Notes under the pieces: generated by a model | Told to the model about the DNA's origin: nothing | Databases searched by the model: none | What the model saw: only the letters and a program-made list of their open reading frames with translations | Assembly: GCA_963707025.1 (NCBI GenBank) | Contig: CAVPOM010000004.1 | Location: forward strand, 1 to 64,000 | Source of the DNA: an uncultured Verrucomicrobiae bacterium | GTDB lineage: Bacteria > Verrucomicrobiota > Verrucomicrobiia > Limisphaerales > Palsa-1400 | DNA length: 64,000 nucleotides | Direction: 5' to 3' | In this document: one piece after another, positions 1 to 11,798 of the stretch | Layout: each line of letters opens with the position of its first letter | Numbering within the stretch: position 1 is the stretch's first letter | Made by a program: the position numbers and the translations under genes

Positions 1-23
1 ATATCCAGCGCGGTTGTACATGG

Positions 24-48
24 GCCAGCCCCCGGAAAGGGGGCTGGC
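24..48 (-). terminator. GC-rich hairpin downstream of the large secreted-protein gene; possible terminator
   Basis: gccagccccc-ggaaa-gggggctggc, a 10-bp perfect stem 25 bp past the stop at 73; no clear U tract. Confidence 0.4.
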
Positions 49-72
49 GCGATGACGCTTGAGTCAAGTATA

Positions 73-3000
73 TTACTGCGCCGTGACCTGATAGTAACCC
101 TGCAAGCCAGTCACAGTTTCAGGCACAACATGGACCGTGCCGTCACCGGGGATGGAGCCTACTTGCGACCAGGCGATGGGAGGTGTCAAGCTGCCCGTGA
201 ACATGACCTTATAGGTGTAGCCGGCCTGAGTGGGGATGGTTAGCTGGATCTGGGATCCAACCACCGCAGCCGTGAGCTGAACGGGGGACGGCGTTGCCAC
301 CAGCATGAAGAATTCGGAATTGAGGTTGTTTCCGCTGGTTACTCTGAGCGTTTCCACGCCGCCCAGCGAAAGATTCACCACGTTGCCATTGCCATCGAGA
401 AGTGGAATCCAATGCCAGGCCTGCCAGCCCACCGCATTGGGATCGGAGAAGGTGCCCAGCACAGTTGTGGTCTGATTGGCGGTGCCGACACCGCTGGTGA
501 CCTGACTGAGCGAGGTCCCGCTGAACGGGCCTGCGCCGCCGCCAGCCGGCCCCAAACAGTGAAGGTGTTGGTCGGCCAGGTCCGGGTGTAATTGAGCCAA
601 TAGCCGTTGCCGTAATAGCCAAGGTTGACAGGCCCAATATTGGGGTCCGGCACCGCGACTCGCTCGGCCACGAATTTGGGACGCACATAGTCGCTGGCGG
701 CCTGGCTCCCCACACCGTCGGCCCTGTAGATCTCATTGGCCCCGGCGGTTTGGCCGTCGTTGGGGAAGTAGATGTCTATATTCTGTTGGGCGACCGCACC
801 ATGGCCGGTCGGATCCACCCCAGGCGTGAAGCCGTTCGGATAGCCGTAGTAGCTGTTGGCGGCAAAGTTGTAAACCGTCGTTGACGCGGTATCGCAGGTC
901 GGGACGGGATTGTCAATGAACTGGGCGCTGACCCAGGCCGTGCCGTTGAAGGTGCTGAAGTCATAGTCCGCGGCTTCCCATTGATAATTATTGACATTAA
1001 AGGTGTCAAAATTGATGGTGAAGATGGAGTAAAGCGGGGTGGGCGAGGCCGTGTTGGTGACGCTGAGCACCGCGCTATAGACCGCATTAGACTTGATCGG
1101 ATAACTGCCGATCCAACTGCTGCCCGAGTGGGTTAGGGTCACCCCCGAGGTGACATCCACGCCGTTCAACACCAGGTCAATGCCGCTGCTGGTGATGGCG
1201 GCGCCGTTGTTGGGTCCAACGGTAAAGGTGAAGTGGTTGGTGGGTTCAAACGGGTGAACCCCATCCGGATAGGAGTATTGCAGGCCGGGCGTGTAAACGG
1301 GCACGACAGGCATTAACATGTAGAAGTCCAGGTTCGGATTGCCCACCACCTGGGCCTGCAAGGTTTCCACCCCGCTCAGGGAAACAGAAACCAGGTTGCC
1401 GTACGCGTCCACCATGGGCACGTACACGTAGGTATTCCAGCCATTGTCGGTGAAGCTGAACGTGCCGAGAAGGGTGGTGGGTTCGTTTTGCGCGTTGGCA
1501 ACTCCGTTAATCAGGGACATCTCCTCGGCAGTACCCCCGCCGACCGTAGCCATGCGGCCCCAGATCGTGTAGGCGCCGGCGGGAGCGGAAACCCCAACCC
1601 CGGGAGTCCCCGGACCGTATGTTCTGGTATAATTCAACCAATCGCCCGCGTTGTTGTATCCCACTTCGATAGACACATCTGTCGCGTCGCCATTGGCGGC
1701 GGCGATGAGATATTTTTGCGCTATTAGATTGTTCGGCGGCGAGCCAACCTGCGGGGCGGCGTACCCACAGATCGGAAGGTCGGTGTTGCGGTAATAACTG
1801 CCGTCGGCCAGTTGGGTCCCGCCCCAGGAGCCATTAAGATCAACTCCCTGTTGGGCGTAGAAGGCGTTGGAAGAGAGGAGGGCATAAAGGGCCAGCCCGC
1901 CGTTGGCCGGAGTGTCAATAAACTGGCCGCTGCTGTAGTTGTAATCCTCCGTTTCGATGACGAGGATGGGGGCCATGGTGTCAAAAATAGTGGCAGGCGT
2001 CGTGGCGCTGTTGCCATTGTTATCGGTCGCCAGGATCTTAAGATTGTAAGCCAAATTGGGTAACAGCGGGCAGGTGATAACCGCCGTGCTGGTGCCCAGG
2101 CCCACGGTGGTCGCATTGAGGTTGTTGGTCACCGTATTGGTCGGTCCGGTCAGCCCGTGGGTTTGGGCGACGGCAAAGGCGTTGGTGATCGTGCCGCCCG
2201 CGGAGGTGGCGGTGACGGTAATAGAAGTGTTGGTGACCAGACAGGCCCCGCTGACCGTGTTGGTGACCGTGGAGATGGTCGGGGGCACCGGGCCGGCGAT
2301 CAGGTCCAGATCGCAATCGTCAAAATAAATGGAGCCGCCGTGGGCAGCCACGTCCACGAACTTCGCAATAAAGTTGGCGGAAGCCGTGCCCGGCGGGGCG
2401 GTCATGGCGCCGGAGGGGCCGGTGGTGCCAATGACCATGCCGCTATTGGTGGCGGGGATGCCGGTCACCAGCATCTGATTGGTCACCGCCAGCGAAACCC
2501 AGGTGTCCAGCGGAAAACTGTTTGGACCGGTGCAAGTCAAGTTGCTGATGCCAAACGATTGGTAGGCGGCGAGCAGATTGCCGCCCAGGTCCAGGAAATC
2601 CACCTCGTAAAAAAAGATGCAGGGACCGCTCAGGTCTTCGTGCGGGGCCAGTGTCCATGCGCTGGCCGCCATGATCGAGCCGGGGGTGCATCCCACCTCC
2701 TGGCTCCATTGATTGGAGCTGCCAGGGGCTTGATAATCATACACATTGGCTACGTTAGTCCCGTTGTGTGTGACGACGTCCTCGGCCGGAACATCGGCAG
2801 GGCACATGCCGGCATTGTAATAAGTAACCGGGGTGTTGCTAGAGGTCAGCAGGGAGAGGATATTGATGGAGCCAGTCGAGGCGCCAGCACCGGTGGTCCT
2901 AACCCAGGGGAGGCCGGAAGTGATCTCAAAATCGGCGTTGACGAGTTGATTGCCCTGGCCGCCGGGCACGGCGTAACTCGGGCTGGAAGGCGGGGAGGAG

Positions 3001-4676
3001 AGGGCCAAGGCATTCACGGCCACCACTTCATAATAGTAGTAGTCAACCGTTGGATTGATGGTTGAGTCCAGGTAAGTCGTCCCCGTAATGCCCGTGGCAA
3101 GCGAGGTATAGGGACCACCCTGGCTGGTGGCGCGCAGGATGTTGTAACTGGTGGCGGACACATCCGTCCAAGTCACGATGGCTTGACCGACCCCGTCCGG
3201 GCCGACATTTACGATGATCGGCGCGGGAGGCGGTCCGACCGGAGTGGTGCTGACTTCCGCCGAAGCGGTCATCGCCGTCGCCAGGCCGTCGTTCACCGCC
3301 GTCACAATATAGTAGTAAGTGATTTCGCTGACCGCGGTCGTATCGGTATAAGTGGTGGCTGACAATCCGCTGGCGATGGTCAGTTCGGCGCCGGGGGTGG
3401 TTGATCTGGCAACATTGTAGGTGATGGGGCCGGGACTGCCGGTCGCGGCGGTCCAATTCAACACCACCTGATCGCTGCCTGCTGTTGGGGTTACCACGGG
3501 CTGGCTGGGAGGAGCTACCACCGTGAATTGGTACTCGAAGGAATTGGGGCTGGTGGTGCCGTCGCCGGTTCCATCCAGCGCCGAAACAACATAGTAGTAA
3601 GTCTGGTTGTTGAGCGCGGTCGTATCCGAGTAGCTGGGTGAGGTCAAGCCGGTGGCGAGCTGGCTATATGGGCCGCCGCTGGTTGACGAACGGGAAATGG
3701 TATAGGAAGCTGCATTGGCCAGGGTGCTCCAGGTCAAATTGGCCACGTTGTTGCCGGCAACGCCCGCCAGGTTGGTGGGCGCCTGGGCGGACCAGTAAAT
3801 GTCTTCAACCTGAGCCGCGGTGGCCGCGCCCGTGACCGTCGCGGTTGCTCCGTAAAAGCGGAAGTCATCCAGCCGGCCGCAGAAGGGGCGCGCTCCGGTG
3901 TCCTGGCGGTTGGCGATCTGCAATTCGTCGTTGTTCCCAGCATTAGTGATGGAAATGCTCGTGCCAGCCAGGGCCAGCGTCGAGGACACCGCGAGAGTGC
4001 CGCCTCCGTCGGTGCCGGTATAGAGGGTTATCGTCGCGCCATCGTAGGTCAGGCATTGGAAGAGCCATTGGTTGGTGGGAAAAGTGCCGGCGGAGTCCGT
4101 CGTGGGCCAACTGGGCGCGGCCCCGAAAATTGAGGTGGCGCCGACGGAGGCAGCAAGCTGATTCACCGTCTGCCAAAACAGTCCGATGTTTCCGGCATTC
4201 GCCTTGTCCCCGGTGTGGCCCAATATAAAAAGGCGTATTTCGGTAGTGCCGGAGTTGGCCGCGTTTTTGGGGTTGCACCAAATGGAGGCCGTAAAGCTCT
4301 GGATCGTCCCGAAAGAGAGGGCGGCATTGGTCACCACCAGACAGGGCCCGCTGACAAGGGAGGAGCCTTCGCCGCCCGGCGTGGCGAACTCCGAGTTGGT
4401 GGACAGATCCAACGCCACATGCAGGCCCGAGGTGCCGCTCCCATAAACGCCGTGATAATTGGCCAGCCCATGAGTACGGTTGTAATTGCTCAAATTCAAA
4501 CTCACCCCGAAGCTGGCGTCACTGGGGGTCGAGTAGTCGGTGGGGCCGGTGGACAGATCGGTGAAGGGAAACCTCACGGAAGTCGCCGGGTTGGGCACGA
4601 GCTGTTGGGCGCGGGAGATGCCGAGGGAAATGGCCAGGGCGGCGGCGGTGAGAACGACAAGTTTGATTGTTTTCAT
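73..4676 (-). CDS. Large secreted protein (~1530 aa): LamG/ConA-like domain, several FN3 repeats, CBM-like modules, C-terminal beta domain; apparent 1-nt frameshift near 541
   Basis: Signal peptide MKTIKLVVLTAAALAISLGISRA (ATG 4676); LamG-like G-x-LDDFRFY; FN3-like W...Y.I.R...Y.D...YYY.V.A; repeated E-x-EDY...WLNYTRT modules. ORF 375..4703 reads ...WGRLA and continues as GGAGPFSG...GYYQVTAQ in ORF 73..600. Confidence 0.8.
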
Positions 4677-4798
4677 AGGAATAGCCTGTGCGGTTTGGGT
4701 CAATTGGTTTTCTGTTTTTGCTGGCGGCTTGCTGACTTCACTTTGGTTGCGGTGATGGCGGTTTTTGTTAGTGCGTTTCTATGCGGTGTGTTTGCTGC

Positions 4799-5745
4799 TT
4801 AATGATGAACAACAGTGCTGGCGCTCTGTAGAAACAACAGGTCTTTTGGCGGATTTTGGCTGGGAGGCAGCCGGGTGAAATTGGGATTGCCCGGCAAAAT
4901 GGTTGGCGGCGCCCAATTCTTCAACACGGTGGGATCATACCATTTTTTAATCTCGGCATGGGCGTCCGCATAAGACATGCCGCCGGCGCCATTGTGATAG
5001 GATGCGGGGCAATCAATCCATTCGTTGATGGTCGGGTCGCAAATAAAAGACCCGTCGTTGATGCTGACAGGGTTCTCATCAAGCAACACCCAGAGCTTGG
5101 AAGGGCCGGGATTGCCCAGGTCGGCGTCTTTGTAGTAGGAAATGACCGGGCTGGTGTCATAAGGCGCGATCGGGCTCATCCAAGTGTTCATGGACATGCT
5201 GCGAACATTGGGATAACTTACTCCGAAGGAGCTATAAACACTGATATCCGCCGGGCATTTGTAAACATTCGGATTGTTGACATAGGGGTAGATCACCCCC
5301 GCCTTGATCCACGCAACCCCGACATTCAAGGCGGCACTGGCTGTACTCAGCTCCAGGTTATCATTTTGCTGCCCCGGGCACCATTGAGCCTCCTCGCCCG
5401 CCTGTGCCGCAGCGAGATTGGGAGGCTGGTAGCCTTCATCTCCGTTGGGCGCGAGGAGGTTCCGATTGTCACCCGTGTACATGCTCCAGCCCAGGATTAA
5501 TTGTTTGAGGTTGCTCAGGCACTGAACACCCTGGGCGTGCTGTTTGGCCTTGGCCAGGGTCGGCAGCAGCAAGGCCGCCAGGATGGCGATGATGGCTATC
5601 ACCACCAGCAATTCGATCAAGGTGAATGCGGCGGAAACAGGGCCGCCTCTCCCAAGCCTCCCGCCGCCCGCCGGGGCCGGCTCCGTCTTCCCTGCTGGAG
5701 GGCGAAGTTTAGACTTGCAGCAATTGCTTTCGTTTTCATTTTCAT
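4799..5745 (-). CDS. Prepilin-type N-terminal cleavage/methylation protein with H-X9-D C-terminal motif (DUF1559-like)
   Basis: [29 protein letters not shown]...C.SNLKQ and [15 protein letters not shown]. Start uncertain: ATG 5745 (MKMKTK...) is out of frame with FTLIE, so a frameshift at 5640-5740 is possible. Confidence 0.85.
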
Positions 5746-5969
5746 GGCTTGTTTCAACCCGTGGCCGCGCGCCGCGCAGGCCTGGTCTTTTCGTTGCAGT
5801 GTGACTTGTGATGGTAATGCAGAGCAGCCTTGGGTTCCATGACGGATTGGACCGTTCCATTTCCCGCGACGGGGCTGCCAAGCTGGCTCCTGTTCACTCG
5901 AAGTGATATTTCCGCCGACACTGCTGGGAAAAGCATATAATAATGCATGGAAACGTGCTTAATCCGTAT

Positions 5970-6113
5970 AAAATACTACATCACGCCAATCATGTCAATA
6001 GGTTTTGATCCGAATTCTAAACAAAACTGTGCCCGTCGCAACCGTTTTTGAGCATAATTGTAATTGTAAATAGTACATATTGACATGCTCTGTGCGCTAT
6101 GTAATACTACATC
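5970..6113. promoter_or_regulatory. Divergent sigma70-like promoters with a shared candidate operator
   Basis: TATTGACATG on both strands (TTGACA at 6080-6085 on +, 5998-5993 on -); aatactacatc at 5972-5982 and 6103-6113; imperfect palindrome atgtaatactacat at 6099-6112. Confidence 0.45.
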
Positions 6114-6235
6114 TCAGACAAGTATGTCAACAGCTTTTAACGCTAAAACAGGGTATTCCTCTCCATTTGAGCTGTATATTGCTTTCTATCAACATGTTGC
6201 GTCTTTTCTCCAGGCGAAAAGAACTTAACCGGATT

Positions 6236-7813
6236 ATGTCGCAGACACGGCCATACAATGTCTTCGTTTCGCTGGTGGCCGCTTTTGGGGGATTGGTCTG
6301 GGGTTTTGACGCCGCTGTCATTTCGGGCGCGGTCCCGTTCCTCCAGCAATATTTTGGTCTGAACGGAACGCAAGGAGATTTGAAACTGGGTCTGGCGGTG
6401 AGCGGCCTGGGTTGGGGGGTGCTGGGAGGAATGGCCATCTTCGGCTTTTTGAGCCGCCGGTTTGGGCACGAGAGAATTCTTGTTGTCACAGCGGCGGTTT
6501 TCGCCCTTGCGGCCTGGATGTCGGCGCTGGCCGCAAGTTTTCCAGTTTTTGTCGCCTGGCGGGTGCTGGGGGGAATCGCCGCGGGAGCAGCCATCCTGGC
6601 TGCGCCGGAGTATATGGAGGAAGTTTCACCATCGAACTGGCGCGGAAGCCTGGTGTCACTGAGCCGGTTGATGATCGTGGCTGGCATGGCGGCGGCGTTT
6701 TTCTCCAACCGGTTTCTGCTGGACGTTGGAGAAAACAACTGGCGGTGGATGCTGGGGGTGGAAGCCAGCCTGGCGGCGGCTTATTTTCTTTTGCTTTTGG
6801 CGTTTGCGGAAAGTCCCCGGTGGTTGCCCGGCCGGGGGCGAGAGGGAAAAGAGCGGGAGGCGCCAGGCAAAATCGGCGGGGAGCGTGAGCCGGAAACGGA
6901 GTGGCGCCGCATTGGGGCGGGGCCGGCCGCAAACCCTGCCGGGCGCGGCATGGGCGGAAGATTGGGGCGCAAGATGAAAGGGCTTATGTTGACTGGCCTG
7001 GCCATCGCCTTTTTTCAGCAAATCACGGGCATCAATGCCGTTTTGCGTTATCTGCCCGGGCTTTTCATCCAGGCCGGCGCCAGCCTGGATGCGGCGTTTT
7101 GGCAGTCGGTGGCGGCAGGCCTGGCCAGCCTGGGCATGACGCTGGCCGCCCTCTGGCTGATGAACAAAATCGGCCGCAAGCCGCTGTTGATGCTGGGCGC
7201 CGCAGGCATGGCGGCGGCGGCGCTGACGTGCAGTTGGGCCTTTCACTCGGCCACGTACCAACTCACGGCAAAGTCGTATGAAATGCTGCAAGCCGGCAAG
7301 GTCCCTTCGGATTTCATGGCGGACTTGAAGGGCGCCGAGGGGCCTGTCTTCGCGACGGACAAGGAATTTGTGGCGGACCTGGCGCAGCGCTTTGGGGCGG
7401 ACCGGATCGCGCCGTACCGGGACACGCTGGCGGCCGCGGCCTTCAACCTTCGCGCCAGGGTGGTATTTTGGGCCATCATCGGCTTGGCCGCTTCTTTCGC
7501 CTTTTCGCTGGGGCCGCTGACGTGGGTGCTGCTGACTGAGATCTTCCCCCATGAATATCGCGGGAGGGCGTTGCGGCTGGCGGGTTTTTGGAACGCGGCG
7601 GCCGGCGCCGGTGTGATCTTCATTTTTCCGTGGGAGCTGTCGCATCTCGGCGCCGCCGGGACGTTTCTGGCCTGCGGGCTTTCGGCCCTGGCCGCCTTGG
7701 TCTTTGTCGCAGCGCGCCTGCCCGAAACCAGGGGGAAATCCCCGGAGGAGTGGAAAGGCGTTCCGGCCCGGTCTCCCGCGGAAACCGGGGCCGAGCCGCT
7801 TACTGTCAAATAA
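6236..7813 (+). CDS. Sugar porter family MFS transporter
   Basis: AAFGGLVWGFDAAVISGA, ESPRWL, FFQQITGINA, W...TEIFP...R and PETRGKS motifs; multiple TM segments; start placed at ATG 6236 (MSQTRP). Confidence 0.9.
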   Translation: MSQTRPYNVFVSLVAAFGGLVWGFDAAVISGAVPFLQQYFGLNGTQGDLKLGLAVSGLGWGVLGGMAIFGFLSRRFGHERILVVTAAVFALAAWMSALAASFPVFVAWRVLGGIAAGAAILAAPEYMEEVSPSNWRGSLVSLSRLMIVAGMAAAFFSNRFLLDVGENNWRWMLGVEASLAAAYFLLLLAFAESPRWLPGRGREGKEREAPGKIGGEREPETEWRRIGAGPAANPAGRGMGGRLGRKMKGLMLTGLAIAFFQQITGINAVLRYLPGLFIQAGASLDAAFWQSVAAGLASLGMTLAALWLMNKIGRKPLLMLGAAGMAAAALTCSWAFHSATYQLTAKSYEMLQAGKVPSDFMADLKGAEGPVFATDKEFVADLAQRFGADRIAPYRDTLAAAAFNLRARVVFWAIIGLAASFAFSLGPLTWVLLTEIFPHEYRGRALRLAGFWNAAAGAGVIFIFPWELSHLGAAGTFLACGLSALAALVFVAARLPETRGKSPEEWKGVPARSPAETGAEPLTVK

Positions 7814-7830
7814 AAACAACAGGCCGCTCC

Positions 7831-8517
7831 CTATTCCTTGACCCCGCCGGGGCCGCCGATTTGCAGGCAATGGCGCATGGCTTGGAGGACCAGTTCGCTG
7901 GAGCTTCGCAACTGCAGCTTTTCCTTGATGCGGGCGCGGAAGGAGTTGATGGTGGGAATGGTCAGATTCAACTCGCGGGCGATTTGGCGCGTGCCTTTTC
8001 CCTGGCCCAACATGCGAAAAACTTCCAGTTCGCGATCGCTCAGCGTTTGCACGGCCGAGGCCGGTTCCTCCTCCTTGCCCAGCATGAACTTGGAAAGCAT
8101 GATGGTGGACATTTTCTCGCTGAGATAAATGTTGCCGGCCAGCACTTTGGCAATGGCCGACTGCACGGTGCGGGCCGGCTCGTGTTTCATGACATAGCCC
8201 ATGGCCCGGGCCCGCATGGCCCGCTCGGCAAAGAGCGTTTCGTCGTGCATGGAAATGACCAGGATGGGCAGGTCCTCGTACTGCGCCTTGATGGTCTTGA
8301 TCAAATCCAGGCCGCTGGAGGCGCCGAGCGAAATGTCAATGATGACCAGATCCGGCTTCAAGGCGGCCACGGCGCGCTCGGCTTCCGCGGCGTCGGCCGC
8401 TTCGCCGCAAACCATCCATTCCGGGTTGCGCTCGATCATCTGGCGCAGCCCCTCGCGGAAGAGGGGATGGTCGTCAACAATAATAATTCGGCTCTTGGGC
8501 GTCTGCGGTTCGTTCAT
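7831..8517 (-). CDS. NarL/LuxR-family response regulator
   Basis: REC domain (IVDDHPLFREG, PDLVIIDISL) plus LuxR HTH (LSDRELEVF...KEKL). Confidence 0.95.
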   Translation of the reverse strand: MNEPQTPKSRIIIVDDHPLFREGLRQMIERNPEWMVCGEAADAAEAERAVAALKPDLVIIDISLGASSGLDLIKTIKAQYEDLPILVISMHDETLFAERAMRARAMGYVMKHEPARTVQSAIAKVLAGNIYLSEKMSTIMLSKFMLGKEEEPASAVQTLSDRELEVFRMLGQGKGTRQIARELNLTIPTINSFRARIKEKLQLRSSSELVLQAMRHCLQIGGPGGVKE

Positions 8518-11013
8518 AGGGCAAGGGCGGCGGGGCGGTGGTTGCGGCCGTGGTCCGGCGCCGGCAGGCGCGGCACGGCCAGAAACATGCAGGTGACATC
8601 GGTGCCTGAACCCGGCGTGCTGCGCAAGGTTAAGGTCGCGCCAATGACCCGGGCCCGATACTGCATGATGCGGATGCCCATGCCCGTCTGCGCCTGGCTG
8701 CCCGGGGCGAACCCCTGGCCGTCGTCGCGCACGCTCAAGGCATAGTGGTCCTTGACCGCGGCCAGGCAGATGGCAATGTTTTTGGCGTTGCTGTGTTTGG
8801 CGGCATTGGCCACCGCCTCCAGCACAATATAATAAAGGTGCAGCGCCGTTTCATTGTCCACCACCGCCGGCGGGGAAGTGGTGGAGAAGCGGCAGGAGAT
8901 TTTAAACAGCTCGCTGGAATTGACGGCCAATTCCTCCAGCACCGAGACCAGCCCGTTTTCCTCCAGGCGGACGGGAAACAGACCGCGGGCCACGCCGCGG
9001 GTTTGGGAGATGGCCTGGTTGATCAGCCCGCTGATTCTTTCGATTTGCACGGATTCCGGGGCGGCTTTTTCCTCCAGTTTATCGGCCAGGGTGGCGGTCA
9101 TGAGGGCGATGCCGGCCAGTTGCTGGCAGACGCCGTCGTGCAGATCGTGGCCGATGCGCCGCTGCTCGCGGTTGCTGATTTCCAGTATTTCCCGCTCCAG
9201 ACGCTTGCGTTCGGTGATGTCGCGCGCCATCACTTCAATTTCCACCTTGGCGCCGGATTGCTCAATCAGCCGGCCGCTGATTTCCAGCCGTACCCGCTGC
9301 TGGCCGGCGGTGAGGAAATCCCACTCCGCCGTCGGGGAGGCGGCCGCGGAGGTCATCTGTTCGAGCCAGCGTTGCACGGCGGGCTGCTCTTCCGGAGCGA
9401 CCAGTTCGAGGATGTTTTTCGACAGGACCTGGCCGCGCGGCCATTGCAGCGAGGTTTCTCCCGCCCGGTTCATGGAGGTGATGCGGCCGTTGAGATCGTG
9501 CGTATAGACGACATCGTTGGCGTTCTCGTAAAGGTCCTGGTAGCGCTCCTTCAAGGTGGCCTCGACCCGGAGTTTGTCGCTGATGATCCGGGTTTGCTGA
9601 TGAACCCGGCGGCGCAGGACAGCCACCCAGATGGAGGCGGCCAGGGCGACGATGCCCAGAGTGGCCGCCATCCACAACAGCTTCTGCAGATTCCACCACG
9701 GCACGACTTGCAACACCTCGATGTCCGCCGGCGAGCGCAGCAGGATGCGGAAGGACCGGGCGCGCCAGTTTTCCCCGGGGCGCCAGTCCGGCCCGGTTTC
9801 AATCGCACAAACCCCGGTGACGGCCAGCTTGCTGCCGTTTTGCAGATAGGCGAAGTCCACGCCGCCGCCCGGGCTTTTGCGCTCCAGGTAGGCATGGAAG
9901 ATGAAGCCGCTGGACTGGAGGACCAGGAATTGTTCTTGACTGTGGCGGGCGCGGTCCAGCACGGTGGCCTGGATGCGCACCAGCCGGGCAGTCGTGCGTG
10001 CCTTTGAGCGCCTCATCGGCCGTGACTTCGTCCGGCACGGGCAGCGCATCCCGGCCTGTTTTGCGGAAGACCGCGTCCTTCAACGTCGGATTGTATTCTC
10101 CCCGGTCGGCAAAGCCGAGCACTTCCACATGGTCGCTGACCCGGAGCGGGTCGGTCTCCGCGGTTTCGACGTAAAGTCCGGTCGTGTTGTCCTCGAGGTA
10201 CAAGATGTTGTCGTGGCGGTAAATGACCGTGCCGGCGACTTTGACCCGATGGCCGTAGGTGGCATCGGGGGTGAATTGGAGCAGGCTGTTGATGGGACGA
10301 GGCGGGCCGGAGCCGGCAAAGGAATCGCCGGCGGATGGTTTTTCGATCACCAGATCTTCCAGCCGCGGCACCAGCAGCCGGATATTGAACAATTGCCGCT
10401 GGCGGTTGAAGCGGGTCAGGCAAACCCCGCGCGCCGCCACCGTGCTGTCCACCAGGTCGGTCTGGAGGGTGCGGGGCAGGCTCCGGGCCACGGCGGTGAC
10501 CCGTTCCCCGGCAATGGCAAGGTCAATTAGATAGTACTGGCTCGCAGCGTCAAAGCGCACGGCCCGGACAATGCCGTGAACTTCCACGAATTGGCTGTCT
10601 TCCTGCCCGCTGGACAACAGCTCGAAGGCCACGGGCTTGGCGGTCGGAAATGTGCCGGGCCCAAGGACGCGCAGCCGGGAGGGTTCGATGATCGGCGCAT
10701 ATTCGCCCCGGCTGGATTGGCCTTCGATTTGGACGATCTGTCCGGCCTGCAGGGCGGGATCGGCCGGATCGGCCAGATAAAAATAAATCCCGGCGCTGTC
10801 ATCCTGGATGAACCGTAAAAACTGGGTTTGATCGAAGAACGTCACCAAACCCGTGATCCGCACCGGATAATGCCGCGCCGCCTCTTCCGGCGGCAGTTTC
10901 CTCACCGCCGCGGCGTTCGTCAACACCGGCAGGGCATCGTCCGCCGCCCGCACCGGCGCGGCCACCCCCAGCAAACAAACCAGCCAGGCGGCGGCCCGCC
11001 AGCGCTGGCCCAT
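8514..11013 (-). CDS. Membrane sensor histidine kinase (periplasmic domain, TM, PAS, HisKA_3/HATPase); apparent +1 frameshift near 9987
   Basis: ORF 9799..11043 (signal peptide, ...ALKGTHDC) joins ORF 8514..10049 (RLVRIQATV... PAS, EQRRIGHDLHDGVCQ, DDGQGF, GMGIRIM) if one C is removed from TGCCCGG; overlaps the RR start (ATGA). Confidence 0.85.
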
Positions 11014-11297
11014 CAAAACCGGTTGTGTTCGTAATACTTTCACGACGCGATGCGAGATAATGCATGCTCGCTACGATGAAATTGTAGCAAATCGCACGGC
11101 ATTAAGCCAAACATTTATGCGATGGAACCAGGACCCGCAGGGCCGGCGAATGCAGGCCCCGCCAATTGGAGGACCCGCCTTCGCCTGCCTTCCGCCGCCG
11201 CTGGGCGCGGCCGGGCTTCCGCCGTCGTTCAATCTTTGGCCGACGAGACGGCGGACAACGGAGTGATGGAGTGATGGGTGCGGTGGTTCAAAAAAAA

Positions 11298-11337
11298 TGG
11301 TTTGACCTGGTTTGACCTGGTTTGACCTGGTTTGACC
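11298..11337. repeat. 10-bp tandem repeat (tggtttgacc)x4
   Basis: Four exact copies read directly. Confidence 0.95.
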
Positions 11338-11548
11338 GGCTGGGGGGCGCAGGCAGAAGGCAGCGTGCCGGGAATCCTGGTCCCGCCGCCGTCCCATGCC
11401 GCTGTGGCCGTTCCCCTTTTCACTATGCAAATTTTAGCATGTAAATCAGGGCCGTCAACGGAAATATGCGGATTCTCGCAAGGCGCTAAGCATTAGGTAC
11501 TTAGGCTTGGAAATTATGAAGGATAAATTGAGACGGCGGCAAAACGCC

Positions 11549-11621
11549 TGTAGCGGCGGTCTATGACCGTCGCCATGCCGTTATTTCCCCTGGTTGGCGG
11601 CGGTCGCAGATCGCCGCTACA
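11549..11621. repeat. GTAG-type REP doublet (REPIN-like inverted pair)
   Basis: tgtagcggcggtctatgaccgtcgcc (11549-11574) is inverted against ggcggcggtcgcagatcgccgctaca (11596-11621), 22/26 match; each arm is self-palindromic. Confidence 0.75.
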
Positions 11622-11798
11622 ATCGTGGACGGGCGTTTTGCAGAGGTCCCAAGCCGGGTTATGCGGAACCGGACCAGCGACCCGGCCGGAACAACCAATG
11701 GGGCACAATTGGCAAAACATGGCTATAGCCTTGCGCCAGGAACGGGCGTACTGTTGGGAGTACGGGAGCCAAGGGTCGTGCCAAGGAGAGGAGATGAT

